Origin: Ktedonobacterales bacterium
Lineage (GTDB): Bacteria > Chloroflexota > Ktedonobacteria > Ktedonobacterales > JADMIN01
Length of the DNA stretch: 64,000 nt
Reading direction: 5' to 3'
Assembly (NCBI GenBank): GCA_036391835.1
Contig: DASVZC010000019.1
Location: 919 to 64,918 of the forward strand
Below are positions 1-10,049 of this stretch, one piece after another. The position numbers were made by a program, and so were the translations under genes. The notes under the pieces were generated by a model that ran no database searches, was not told where the DNA came from, and saw nothing but the letters and a program-made list of their open reading frames with translations. Each line of letters starts with the position of its first letter. Positions within the stretch are counted from its first letter, which is position 1.

Positions 1-209
1 GTCTCGTTGTACGCGCTCAGGCAGTCAGCCATGCGCTGCGCATGTATTCGTGTCTCTTCGAGGTGTTCCTGAATACGCGCCTGAATCTGCGGATGCTTAT
101 CCGTGTCCTTGACCTGTGATTCAAGCGCCTTGGTGATCTGCGTTTCCATTGCATGCGCATCGCGCAAGTCGCTGATGAGTTTGTCGCGGAGTGTATCACT
201 CTTCGCCAT
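1..209 (-). CDS. DUF892/YciE-like ferritin-fold protein, N-terminal part (gene runs off the left edge)
   Basis: Absent from the ORF track because it is open at the window edge. The reverse complement from the ATG at 207-209 reads MAKSDTLRDKLISDLRDAHAMETQITKALESQVKDTDKHPQIQARIQEHLEETRIHAQRMADCLSAYNET. GGAGG (rc of 217-221) lies 7 nt upstream. Confidence 0.6.
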   Translation of the reverse strand, partial: MAKSDTLRDKLISDLRDAHAMETQITKALESQVKDTDKHPQIQARIQEHLEETRIHAQRMADCLSAYNE

Positions 210-595
210 AACCAGACCTCCTGTCTTGCCTCTTGTGTCTCGTGTTTCGTGGGAGCGCCTTAGAGGTGGATCGTCCGTAATGCCCTCCAAGGGGATCGCA
301 ATGGATCGGGTAACGACCTCATCAGTCGCACGAAGCCGGCAATAACACCCCGGCTCCGTGTCGGCCGATGGGACGCGAACGTCCATTCGCGCTGCGCATC
401 CGTGCGTCGCATCCATGCATAGTAACCACTTGCATCCCCGCAAATCCGAAATCTGTGGTTACGATGACTGGTATACACAAGTTCCGTGCCAGCGAGTATA
501 AACATTGTGGCGCAAAGTGGCCAGCGGACCCCACGCGATTGGCATGGTGGCCCGCTGGATGATGAAAAATTCAGGAGAATTGCTCCAGTGGCGTT

Positions 596-934
596 CTAGA
601 CATCAGATCGAAACCAGGTCTGAAACGCCGCGAGCAACATGGCGTCGCCCTTGATCTTGAGCTTGCCACTGATGACCGCTGACATCGGATTCAGTTCGCC
701 ACTGAGGAGGCGCAGCCAGTCGTTCGAGTCCACGGTCGCGGTCGCGTTCGGATTCTCCACCGGACCCTGACCGTAGTTCATCGTTCCGTTGGCGACAACC
801 ATATGCCAGACACCTTCTTCGGCGCCCGTGAAGTTGAACAGGATGGACTTGTTGACATTCGCCGCCTGGTCAGGCTGAAACGCTTGCTGTAGCGACGCGA
901 ATGACTGCGGAATGCCGCCGGACTGATCCGCCAT
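596..934 (-). CDS. SCP2 sterol-binding-domain protein
   Basis: ORF 596-994. Internal start MADQSGG at 934. C-terminal pattern NPMSAVISGKLKIKGDAMLLAAFQTWF is typical of the SCP2 fold. Confidence 0.75.
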   Translation of the reverse strand: MADQSGGIPQSFASLQQAFQPDQAANVNKSILFNFTGAEEGVWHMVVANGTMNYGQGPVENPNATATVDSNDWLRLLSGELNPMSAVISGKLKIKGDAMLLAAFQTWFRSDV

Positions 935-1064
935 ATGCTCACGCTCCTCTGGGTGTGGTCGGATGAAAGGCCGCTCTGGTCGGCAACATAGCACACCGCG
1001 TGCGCCGCCGCCATGTAGCCAGAGACAGAGCGCGCATACTGATCACCCACACGTGCACGTGAGA

Positions 1065-1340
1065 TTAACTGCGGCCTAACGCGGGTGTCGCGCGAATCAC
1101 ATGGGTCGCCTCAGCCTGTCGACGTTCGCAGGCGCATGGCGCAGCGGCAGCGCGATAGAGCGCAATATGCCCATCGAACGAGGCAGGCAACTGTTCCATA
1201 GCAGATAGCCTGACGCGCTGAAACGAGCCATCATCTACCCGCAGGTAGTCGCCTGCCGAGACATATTCACCGGCCTGATACAAGGGCGTATTACATTCTT
1301 CACATCGGTCACATTGGCCTGCGTTTGCGGATGACATCAT
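1065..1340 (-). CDS. Cys-rich hypothetical protein (CxxCxxC ... CxC)
   Basis: ORF 1065-1397. Start MMSSAN at 1340 is preceded by AAGGAGA (rc) about 7 nt upstream. No family recognised. Confidence 0.55.
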   Translation of the reverse strand: MMSSANAGQCDRCEECNTPLYQAGEYVSAGDYLRVDDGSFQRVRLSAMEQLPASFDGHIALYRAAAAPCACERRQAEATHVIRATPALGRS

Positions 1341-1672
1341 GTGCGGATCTCCTTTTCCTTTCCGCTGCCTTCGCAGAGTCGCCGCGCCCGCTGTCACGCG
1401 TCAGACAGTTCTGGCCCGCCGACTCGTTCAAGCACACTGGCTTGACACTGGATTCTCCTTCAGCATACGCGTTGCTACGGAGGCGCGCTGAGACTTTTCG
1501 CACAGTGACAATGCTGGTCGCGATGATCTACGGCGCAGCACACGTACTGCTGTGCTCGCCAGGCGCAATCACGTTCATGCATTGGCCACTCAGCCGCCCT
1601 GTGATGGGAGCTGCGCCGACGACATGCGTTTGCAGCCGCTAATGCAGCGACGGGCCGCGCCGAGGTCGCCGA

Positions 1673-2857
1673 TCACGCGCGGACGAGCATCTCGGGGCTG
1701 AGTTCCGCCAACGAGCGACAGCCACTCAGCGCGAGCGTCACATCGAGGTCGGCCAGCAGATTGAGCACAACCTCGCGCACGCCCGCCTCGCCGCCAAGCG
1801 CCAGCCCATACGCATACGGACGCCCCACCAGCGCCATCTTCGCGCCCAATGCCAGCGCTTTCACGACGTCAGCGCCGCGTCGGATGCCGCTATCGAAGAG
1901 CACGGGCGCTCGGGCGCCAATCGCGGCCACCACGCCAGGCAACGCATCTAGCGCGGCAATGGAGCCATCGAGTTGGCGGCCACCGTGGTTTGAGACGACC
2001 ACCCCAGCGGCTCCAGCGTCGAGCGCGCGCCGAGCATCGTCTGGATGCAACACGCCCTTGACGAGGATGGGCAGCCGCGTATGTTCACGCAGCGTCACCA
2101 GATCATCCCACGTATGCGCCGGATCAGAGAAGATCTGCGTCCACCGCATAATGGCGGCCTGGGGGTTCTCCTCGATCGGCTGCGCAAGCGATTGGCGAAA
2201 GACGGGATCAGAGAAGTAGTTTCCAAGTCCCTCGCCAAGCAAGAACGGAAGATAGGCGTTTTGCAGGTCACGCTCGCGCCAACTAAGCATCTTCGTGTCG
2301 AGCGTGACGACGATAGCGCCATAGCCCGCCGCCTCAGCGCGCCGCACCATGCTTGCGGCCACAGCAGGATCATTGCCCCAGTAGAGTTGGAACCAGCGCG
2401 GCGTATCGCCCGCCGCCTGCGCGACCGCTTCCATCGGCTTTGTCGCGGCTGTGCTGAGCATGAACGGCACGCCAAGCGAGGCGGCGGCGCGCGCCACGGC
2501 AATCTCCGCCTCAGGGTGCGCGATGGAAAGCACCCCAATCGGCGCGAGCATGATGGGAGCCGCGAACCGCTGACCCAATACCTCCACGGCGAGGTCGCGC
2601 GTAGTGATGTCACGCATCATGCGTGGAACGATGCGCCAGCGGGCGAAGGCTTCGCTGTTCGCGGCCATCGTGCTCTCACTACCAGCCGCGCCCGCCACGT
2701 AGCCATACGCCTCGGGCGACATTCGCTCGCGCGCTTGCGCCTCCAATGCCTCGAAGGAGATAGGTATCTCTGGGCGCTGTCCCGCGAGCCCTTTCAGATA
2801 AATGTCGGTCTGCCGAGCCAGCAACGCGCTGTGCGGAGTTGGACGCTCACCACTCAT
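1673..2857 (-). CDS. FMN-dependent alpha-hydroxy-acid oxidase/dehydrogenase (lactate oxidase / LldD family)
   Basis: 394 aa with typical motifs (VVSNHGGRQLD, FDSGIRRGADVVKALALGA). GGAGGGA SD 4 nt upstream. Confidence 0.9.
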   Translation of the reverse strand: MSGERPTPHSALLARQTDIYLKGLAGQRPEIPISFEALEAQARERMSPEAYGYVAGAAGSESTMAANSEAFARWRIVPRMMRDITTRDLAVEVLGQRFAAPIMLAPIGVLSIAHPEAEIAVARAAASLGVPFMLSTAATKPMEAVAQAAGDTPRWFQLYWGNDPAVAASMVRRAEAAGYGAIVVTLDTKMLSWRERDLQNAYLPFLLGEGLGNYFSDPVFRQSLAQPIEENPQAAIMRWTQIFSDPAHTWDDLVTLREHTRLPILVKGVLHPDDARRALDAGAAGVVVSNHGGRQLDGSIAALDALPGVVAAIGARAPVLFDSGIRRGADVVKALALGAKMALVGRPYAYGLALGGEAGVREVVLNLLADLDVTLALSGCRSLAELSPEMLVRA

Positions 2858-2940
2858 GCTATCCCTCCAGGCCAGAACTACACTGTTACTGCGCCACCTG
2901 CTTCAGGATACACCAGCGTCGGGCCACTGGTAAGCGGCGA

Positions 2941-3582
2941 TTAATGGAGATGGAGGAACTGCGCCACGCCGTTAAGGATGAACTGCGCCGCAACCGCCGC
3001 CAGCAGCATCCCCTGCACACGCGAGAGCACGAGGATGCCTGTCACGCCAATGCGCTTCTGAATGGAGAGGCTCAGGCGCATTGTGATCCAGCAGGCGAAG
3101 AGGACGAGCGCCGCCGCGACTGCGATGATGACGCGCAGGACGAGTTCCGGCCCGGCGGAATTGTTCGCGGTGGAGCTATCCAGCAGAATCAGCGTCGTCA
3201 GGGTGCCGGGTCCAGCGATCATCGGAATCGCCAGCGGAAAGACGCTGACATCTTCGCGATGGCGAGCCTCACGCGCTTCACGTGGTGTCTCACGCGCGCC
3301 TGACTGTCGCCCAAAGAGCATGTCGATGGCGACAAGGAAGAGCAGCGCGCCGCCCGCCAGACTGAACGCAGGCGAGGTCACCCCCAGCGCTGAGAAGATC
3401 GCCTCGCCGAGCACAGCGAAGACAGCGACCACTGCCGCCGCGATGATCGCCGCGCGGGTCGCCACGAAGGCGCGCTCATAGGCTGAGAGGTCGGCGGTCA
3501 GCGCCAGTGTCACCGGAGCCAGTCCAATCGGATCGATCACGGTGAAGAGGGCGACCAACGCCTTGATGAAGAAGAGAACCAT
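2941..3582 (-). CDS. MarC/UPF0056 family integral membrane protein
   Basis: 213 aa, polytopic, with the N-terminal VIDPIG motif characteristic of MarC. Confidence 0.85.
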   Translation of the reverse strand: MVLFFIKALVALFTVIDPIGLAPVTLALTADLSAYERAFVATRAAIIAAAVVAVFAVLGEAIFSALGVTSPAFSLAGGALLFLVAIDMLFGRQSGARETPREAREARHREDVSVFPLAIPMIAGPGTLTTLILLDSSTANNSAGPELVLRVIIAVAAALVLFACWITMRLSLSIQKRIGVTGILVLSRVQGMLLAAVAAQFILNGVAQFLHLH

Positions 3583-3606
3583 ACTCCAGAGCGTATCACA
3601 CGGCGC

Positions 3607-4902
3607 TCAGTCGTTGGCGGTCGCTAGCCATTTCAACGCCTCGTTGGCTGCGTGCTCGCCGCTCAAGATCGCGCCGTTGATGCTGCTATTGGTCAGATAT
3701 TCTCCCGCGAGGAAGACGCCACCAATCGGCGACACCGTCGCCGGAAGATGCGCGAAGATGTTGGGCGGCTGGCGATACTGCGCGAAGCGAATGTGATAGG
3801 TAGCAAGATGGCGCAACTTGCTGAGGTCTTTATTCGGAAACCACGAAGCCATATCCTCGCGACACTTCGCGATGAGGTCAGCGTCGCTGAGTTCGGGATC
3901 GCCAACTACGGTCACGGATACCAGATGCTGGCCCTTGGGCGCGTAAGCGGGCGAGACGTTGCTCATCTGCACGACATTGTTGACGAAGGCGTCGGGGTTG
4001 GCGTTGAGCAGAAGCCTGGGGCCTTTGTAGAGGCTCTCGGTCGTGGTGAAGTAGAGGCAGGTCGCCGCGACGCCCTCGCTGGGTAGTTCGATGTTGAGCA
4101 GGCGCTGTGCGTTGGGCGCGTCCGTGGCGATCACCACCGCTTCGCCCTGCACTTCCTCGCCGCCCGTCAGCGTGACGCCGACCGCGCGGCCATCCGCCTC
4201 GACAATCCCCTCGACACGCGTCTCAAGTTTGATGGCGTCCTCGGGCAGCGTAGCGGCCAACTGATCGGCGATGGCGCCGATACCCTGCTCTGGCACGACG
4301 GTATCGCCACTCGCGAGCATCTTCAGCACGAAGAGCAGCATACGAGCGCTTGTCTGCAATTCACGGTCGAAGAAGATGCCGCCGAAGAACGGGCGCGCAA
4401 AATTGGCGATGAATCCATCCTCGCTGAAGTGACGGCGCTTGAGTTCTTCGAGCGCGCTGCGGTCAGCGGCTTTGTCGCGTCCACGCATCTTGCCGAAGAA
4501 GATATCGCGCTCTTTGCGACGACGCGCATAGCCCGTGAGTCGCAGCATGCGCAACTTATCGCCCGTGGTCAGCAGCGGATTTGCCAGCGTCGGCGCGAGC
4601 AGCAGTGGCGCGCGGCGAGGATCGCCCAGCTCATGCCACTTGCCATCGCGAATGAGGACAGCGCCCGGCCTGAACTTGCGCAATTTCAGCTTCGTGAAGT
4701 CGAGATTGCGGCGCGCAGCCGGATAGGCGGTGAACATCGTCTGGAAGCCGCGATCCAGTAAGAAGCCATCGGGGCTGTTGTCTGTGCGGACACGTCCACC
4801 GACATGGTCAGACGCTTCGATCACCCGCACCTCGTGTCCAGCCTCGGCAAGCGCCTTCGCGCAGGTCAGCCCGGACAGACCGGCCCCAACTACCAGGATC
4901 AT
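3607..4902 (-). CDS. NAD(P)/FAD-dependent oxidoreductase (amine-oxidase / phytoene-desaturase-like fold)
   Basis: N-terminal Rossmann motif ILVVGAGLSGLTCA...VRVIEASDHVGGR. 431 aa. Confidence 0.85.
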   Translation of the reverse strand: MILVVGAGLSGLTCAKALAEAGHEVRVIEASDHVGGRVRTDNSPDGFLLDRGFQTMFTAYPAARRNLDFTKLKLRKFRPGAVLIRDGKWHELGDPRRAPLLLAPTLANPLLTTGDKLRMLRLTGYARRRKERDIFFGKMRGRDKAADRSALEELKRRHFSEDGFIANFARPFFGGIFFDRELQTSARMLLFVLKMLASGDTVVPEQGIGAIADQLAATLPEDAIKLETRVEGIVEADGRAVGVTLTGGEEVQGEAVVIATDAPNAQRLLNIELPSEGVAATCLYFTTTESLYKGPRLLLNANPDAFVNNVVQMSNVSPAYAPKGQHLVSVTVVGDPELSDADLIAKCREDMASWFPNKDLSKLRHLATYHIRFAQYRQPPNIFAHLPATVSPIGGVFLAGEYLTNSSINGAILSGEHAANEALKWLATAND

Positions 4903-4942
4903 GCTTCTGTATCCTCACCTTCACAAACGATGTCGCCAGGCG

Positions 4943-5377
4943 CTAGCGCGACCGGAAGGGCCACCAGCCACCTCGCTGGCGCAGTTGCTTCTCCATCTCG
5001 GAGATACGCTCCTGCGCGGCGCGTTCGAGCGCGGCGTCGCCCTCAGGCGTCGGAAAGACGGCGTCGCACGTCGCGCAGCGGGCCGCGCCCTTGGGGTTGA
5101 TAGCCCCGCACCACAGACACGCGCGCCCATCAGCGACGGGCGCGACCGGCGTGGCAACCATGGGCTCGGCGGCGCCCACTGCGTTTGGAGCCTCACTCGC
5201 CGCATCGGGTGATGACGCCAATGGAGCCGCTGGAACCTCGGCTGGCTCAGACGCGGAGGGCTGCCGCTCCGGCGATGCTTGCGCGTCGGCGCCACACGCG
5301 CCACAGAAGCGCGCCTGCTGAGGCATGGCGGCTCCGCATGCTGGGCAGCTGCGTGCGAGCGATGCTGTCTCCTCCAT
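4943..5377 (-). CDS. Double zinc-ribbon protein
   Basis: Two CPxCG/CxxCG-type ribbons (SCPACGAAMPQQARFCGACG and CLWCGAIN...CATCD). GGAGGAG SD upstream. Confidence 0.6.
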   Translation of the reverse strand: MEETASLARSCPACGAAMPQQARFCGACGADAQASPERQPSASEPAEVPAAPLASSPDAASEAPNAVGAAEPMVATPVAPVADGRACLWCGAINPKGAARCATCDAVFPTPEGDAALERAAQERISEMEKQLRQRGGWWPFRSR

Positions 5378-5440
5378 TCGGATCTCCTCCTCGTCTTCAG
5401 TATGTGGCGCCGCGTGCGCAGCGGGCCTCGCCGCGAAACA

Positions 5441-6775
5441 TTACCACAGGGGATTGATAAGTAGCCCCGTGATAAGTTTCGGGTAGAAATAGGTGGACTT
5501 CTGTGGCATTCGGTCCCCCGCGCGCGCCACATCACGAATGCCCGATGGCGGCGTGGGATTGAGCAACAGCGCGAGTTGCGCGCCATCAGCGCCCGAACGC
5601 ACGGCGTCCAGCGCAGCCTGCGCATCGCGAGTGTAGGTGACGTGCTCACCTGCGCGAATCGCCTGCTCGCTCACGCTCAATCCCTGCGCCAACACGAGTT
5701 CGTGCAGCACAGCCACATCGAGCGCTCGCCATGCGTCCGAGGAGCCCACATGCTCACCCGTGCGCGCCTCCATCGCCGTGCGCCCCGCGTCGGTCAGGCG
5801 CAACAAGCGCACGCCGTCTGGCGCGATTAGCGCGAAGGCTGGGCCAGCGCTCCCTGCCTCGGCCAGCGCATGCGTCACCTCACGCACATCCACCTCGCCC
5901 AAGCCACCGGGCGCGCCGAGTGTCTCGCTGGTGAAGTGACCATCGAGGTCACGTGTGAACTCAGCCAGTCGCTCCTGCGCGACTCCTCGCACGATGCGAT
6001 GCGTCGGCAACACGACCAGGCCGGGGTCTTCGATGGCGGAGAGCGCCATGAGCGTGAAATTCGCGGGGTCATCTGGCTCTAGTTCGCGACGCGCCTCGCG
6101 CATCTCCTCGCGATAGGCCAGGCCAGTTTCATAGCGGTGGTGGCCATCGGCGATATAGATCTGACGGTCGCGGAAGAAGGTCGCCACGCGCTCGATCAAT
6201 GCGGCGTCACGCGAAACCCAGAGACGATGCTCCTCGCCCGCCTCATCGGTGAAGGTCACTTCGGGCTGGCGCTTGAGCGGTTTCGCCAGCGCCTTCGCCA
6301 GCGCGCCCTGCGGGTCGTCGTAGAGCGACATGATGGGGCTGAGCGTCGCGGCAGTCGCGCGCATCAGCTTGAGCCGGTCACTCTTGGGCTTGCTCAACGT
6401 GCGCTCATGCGGCAGGATGACGCCCGCCTCCCACGGTTCGAGGCGCACCCGCGCCAACAGGCTCAGCCGGCGCCGCTCGCCGCCCAACGCCTGAAATCGC
6501 TGCTCGTAGAGGTAGAGCGCTGGCTCGCTTTGTTGGAGCACGCCTTGCAGCCGCCAGGTGGCGAAGGTCACCGCGGCGCGGGTATAGCGGTTGGAGAGTT
6601 CATCATCGCCGCGCTCATCGCGCCCAAGCTCTAATCGGATGATATTCTCGGGCGAGCGCTCGTAGTACTGCGTCTGCGCCGAGGGCGAGATGACATCGTA
6701 CGGTGGGGTGGTGACCGTCGCCAGGTCAGTCCCGGGCGCATAGCGAATGCCGGGAATGGGCCGCACATCGGCCAT
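5441..6775 (-). CDS. DUF1015 family protein
   Basis: 444 aa. Start MADVRPIPGIRY and the IADGHHRYET motif are typical of DUF1015. GAGGAG SD. Confidence 0.85.
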   Translation of the reverse strand: MADVRPIPGIRYAPGTDLATVTTPPYDVISPSAQTQYYERSPENIIRLELGRDERGDDELSNRYTRAAVTFATWRLQGVLQQSEPALYLYEQRFQALGGERRRLSLLARVRLEPWEAGVILPHERTLSKPKSDRLKLMRATAATLSPIMSLYDDPQGALAKALAKPLKRQPEVTFTDEAGEEHRLWVSRDAALIERVATFFRDRQIYIADGHHRYETGLAYREEMREARRELEPDDPANFTLMALSAIEDPGLVVLPTHRIVRGVAQERLAEFTRDLDGHFTSETLGAPGGLGEVDVREVTHALAEAGSAGPAFALIAPDGVRLLRLTDAGRTAMEARTGEHVGSSDAWRALDVAVLHELVLAQGLSVSEQAIRAGEHVTYTRDAQAALDAVRSGADGAQLALLLNPTPPSGIRDVARAGDRMPQKSTYFYPKLITGLLINPLW

Positions 6776-7257
6776 GCGTTACTCCTCGCTGCGATGGACT
6801 CAAACGCGCAAAGCACGCGCTACCGGATGCAGTATATCAGCACTACGCCGGGTTGTGCAGTCACAGCAGCGCGCCAGGGCTAGTCAGGTGATCCGAGCAA
6901 CCGGCAAATGCTCCCCGTGTCGCCAGCCAATTCGCCGCACCCTGAATCATCACGACCATCACGCAGAGCGATGGAGAGGTAGAGTGACTATGCGCTGGGA
7001 CAGGCGGGCTGTATCGTTTGCCCGCGCAGAAGGTCACTGTTACAATTGAGCAGCATTCATTCGATCAAGATGCTTTCTGGCAGCGTCGGCATCATTGAAC
7101 ATATGCCGAACCGTGCCATAACTGCATTCTTGCGTCCACTGCTTTCCTTGGTCTTTCCTTGGTCGCCCGCGCCCCTGCTGGTGGGACGTCGTAAGAGGCG
7201 GCAACGTCCAGAGTGCGCCGCGCGAATCGCGAGGGAACGCGGCGGAAGGAGCGAATC

Positions 7258-9303
7258 ATGTCATCGGGCCGATCAGGCGGGCCAAGCGGACGCAGTGGTC
7301 CCGGGTCATCGTCTATGCCGAGGGCGACGGGCGCGCCTACGAGCGGCGGAAATCCCGCGCTGGCCGACCTCCCTACGCTGTCTCGCAAAGGTGAGCCTGC
7401 CCTGACCCAAAGCGCCAAGATGCCGAAAGCCACTCCGCCAGCCGATAGTGCGAGCGATCAGGCGGCCGGAGCCGCGCGTCGCTTCAGTGAGACGGCCCAG
7501 CGCCCCGCGCAGGCTGCTACGCAGGCCAGGCAAACGCTCGACTCGAGCAAGCGCCCTGTCACCGCGCGCATGACTGCAGCCCCAGCTGGAGCAACGGCCA
7601 AATCAGCTACCGCCAAAGCGCCAACGGCTCGGCCCGAAGCGTCTGAGCAGGAACCGCAGCGTCCAAAGAAACAGACGCTGACGCAGCAGTTGCGCTCGAT
7701 GCAGCCGCCAGATGTCGCACGTCAGGCGGTCAACGAATTGAACGTGCTGGCTGGTGAACTTATCACCCTGGGCGGTGAACTGGAACTGAGCGGACTGGCG
7801 CGCATACATGGCGGCGCGTATCTCGAAACAGCGCGGCGCTATGGCGAGTTGGCGCGGCTGGCCTGGCTCTCCGTCGCCGCCGAGCGCCTCGAACAGGACG
7901 GAGCGACTCAGGAATATCGCCAGCGGGTGGTGAGCATCGCTCGCGATATCACACACCTGCGCCGCGAAAGCGAAGTGGCCGCTAGCAATACACAGTTTCC
8001 ACTCCCGCAACGCCGCCCCTTTCTCTGGCGCACGCGTGTAGACGCCATCACCCGCGCGCTCGACCTGTGGCAGGCCTCGCTCACCGCGCCGGCTGATCCA
8101 CAGCGCATGGGCGCCGCGCTTTTTGATCTGCGTGGCGCGCTCAATGGAGCCAGCGCCCCCGCAGTCGAATATTCCCTGCTGAAGTTGCTGACCTTCACTG
8201 CGCTGTGGTTCACACCGCTGAGTGGCGTGGCCGCCGGACTGGCCAGCATCGCAAACGCGCTTGCCCTACGCCCCGTGCCTGCCATCAGCTTTGCCCTGGT
8301 GATGCTGCTCGCCTTCATGCTCTGGACGAGTCTGCTGCTGCTCACCTCCCGTGGACGTGTCACCCTGCTGGAGACACTCGCCGGAACCTGCTTCAGCAAG
8401 ACTCGCTCGGCTTGCAATGGACGTGGCGGCTCGTGGGTGGTCGCGTTGGCGCTGCGGCTCTGGTGGCTGCTGATTGGCGGCGTCGGAGCGCTGGCGACAC
8501 TGGCTGCGTTTGTCGGCAGCGCCCTGGCGATCGACCAGTTCCAGCTTCTCGCCCCTGTGCTACAAGGCGAGTCACTCGCGCCGGTGAGCGCCATCCAGCT
8601 AGCGGCTGGAGTGCTCGGCGTGATCGTCGCGCCCGCTGCATTAGTGGCGTCGGCGGCGATTGCGGCGCTCGCGCTTCCCACATTCCTGGTGAGCGCCGAG
8701 CGGTTCGCGCGGGAGATGATCGGCTCGCGGCGCTGGGTCGCCGCAGCCCGACGCTATGCGCTGGCCCCTGCGCTCGGCACGCTGGCCTACCTGACCGGCG
8801 CGCTCGTCGCTGGCGCGTGGCTGCTGGCCGACCGCCTGCATCTGCCACAGGCGACGCTGACGACCCAAGACATCGGCAATGGCATGCCGCCAGTAATCCT
8901 CAGCGCACGGGCGCTGCTGCTGGCGCTCGCGCTCGCGCTGCCCTACCTGGCCTGCATCGAACTGCCCTTCCGCGTGGGACTGGAAACCTGGCGACGTGTC
9001 TGGCTGCGCGATCTGCACACACGCCGTGTCACCATCGAGGCGCATGTGCGGCGACTCTCAGCGCCCGACCCACGCACTGGCGTGCCCGATACCAGCGCCG
9101 AAACCCTGCGCGCCATGCAATACGATCTCGTGCTGCTCCAGTTCTATACCGCACGCATCACCGAAGCCGAGCGCGCCTCCACCTCACCCTACGGCCTGGC
9201 TGGCTCCCTGGCGCTGCTGGGTATCGTTCTTCTAGGCGCGCTGTTTCTCGATAGCGGCGGCCACATGCTGTTCGGCACGATAAATCTCCACCCGATACCC
9301 TGA
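7258..9303 (+). CDS. Large hypothetical membrane protein (disordered N-terminus + helical region + multiple TM segments)
   Basis: ORF 7213-9303. ATG at 7258 is preceded by AAGGAG 7 nt upstream. About 160 aa of S/G/A/P/T-rich low complexity are followed by several hydrophobic stretches. No family recognised. Confidence 0.6.
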   Translation: MSSGRSGGPSGRSGPGSSSMPRATGAPTSGGNPALADLPTLSRKGEPALTQSAKMPKATPPADSASDQAAGAARRFSETAQRPAQAATQARQTLDSSKRPVTARMTAAPAGATAKSATAKAPTARPEASEQEPQRPKKQTLTQQLRSMQPPDVARQAVNELNVLAGELITLGGELELSGLARIHGGAYLETARRYGELARLAWLSVAAERLEQDGATQEYRQRVVSIARDITHLRRESEVAASNTQFPLPQRRPFLWRTRVDAITRALDLWQASLTAPADPQRMGAALFDLRGALNGASAPAVEYSLLKLLTFTALWFTPLSGVAAGLASIANALALRPVPAISFALVMLLAFMLWTSLLLLTSRGRVTLLETLAGTCFSKTRSACNGRGGSWVVALALRLWWLLIGGVGALATLAAFVGSALAIDQFQLLAPVLQGESLAPVSAIQLAAGVLGVIVAPAALVASAAIAALALPTFLVSAERFAREMIGSRRWVAAARRYALAPALGTLAYLTGALVAGAWLLADRLHLPQATLTTQDIGNGMPPVILSARALLLALALALPYLACIELPFRVGLETWRRVWLRDLHTRRVTIEAHVRRLSAPDPRTGVPDTSAETLRAMQYDLVLLQFYTARITEAERASTSPYGLAGSLALLGIVLLGALFLDSGGHMLFGTINLHPIP

Positions 9304-9346
9304 AAATCCCCCTGAGATCAGGCCAAATCGCCCCGAACCCAACCGT

Positions 9347-9395
9347 GGATTCGACGCCAACAGACCGTAGGCGCCGAATCCATTGGTATTTTCTA
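9347..9395 (+). terminator. Probable intrinsic terminator of the 7258-9303 gene
   Basis: GGATTCGACGCC (9347-9358) pairs with GGCGCCGAATCC (9370-9381): 12 bp with 1 mismatch. Followed by ATTGGTATTTTC. Confidence 0.55.
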
Positions 9396-9396
9396 G

Positions 9397-9426
9397 TTGA
9401 CAGTCATAGAACTAATGTTCTATTCT
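9397..9426 (+). promoter_or_regulatory. Sigma-70-like promoter
   Basis: TTGACA (9397-9402), 18-nt spacer, TATTCT (9421-9426), in an AT-rich island upstream of the 9540 gene. Confidence 0.4.
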
Positions 9427-9539
9427 TTTTGGTGAATCGAGCGTTGTGTCATCGGGGTGATGGCAGCGTATGACGATGTACCCATGACTCGGTGATGACC
9501 AGGCAATCATCGGGGCGACATGTATCGGGAGGGCGCGCA

Positions 9540-10040
9540 ATGTGGAACCACGACGCTGGGCAGGGCATGACGCCCCAGCAGCAAACCAATCAACGACAGG
9601 TGAATCATCTCAACGAGCATCATGATGACGTGGAACATGTGGAGGGCGCGGCGGCGACCCGCGCGATTGATGCGCTAGCGGCGGATGACGCCGCATATGC
9701 CGCGTTGACCGCGCGCGGCACAGCGGCGGCTCCGCTCACCGAGGCGATGCGCCGCGCCCAGACACGCGCGCTCATCCGCGAGTTCCTGCGGGCGGTGCCG
9801 CGTGGCGAGGAAAACGCCGTGCTGCCGTTGGTGCGCACTGACGGCGCGACGCGTATGCTGACCCGCGCGCAACTCTCCACCGCGATCGATCGTCTGCGCC
9901 CGCGCCAGCGTCAGATTGTGCGGCTAGGCATCGAAGAGCGCTGGCCACGCCAGAAGGTCTGCGCATATCTCCGTGGCATCAGCATGAAAACCCTCGAACG
10001 CGACCAGGCTGAGGCGCTCGACATCCTCGCGCAGATCTAG
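9540..10040 (+). CDS. Small HTH protein with a sigma-70 region-4-like C-terminus only
   Basis: ORF 9492-10040. ATG at 9540 is preceded by GGGAGG 7 nt upstream. The C-terminus RLRPRQRQIVRLGIEERWPRQKVCAYLRGISMKTLERDQAEAL resembles ECF sigma region 4. I could see no region-2 motifs. Confidence 0.6.
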   Translation: MWNHDAGQGMTPQQQTNQRQVNHLNEHHDDVEHVEGAAATRAIDALAADDAAYAALTARGTAAAPLTEAMRRAQTRALIREFLRAVPRGEENAVLPLVRTDGATRMLTRAQLSTAIDRLRPRQRQIVRLGIEERWPRQKVCAYLRGISMKTLERDQAEALDILAQI

Positions 10041-10049
10041 TTGGACGGA

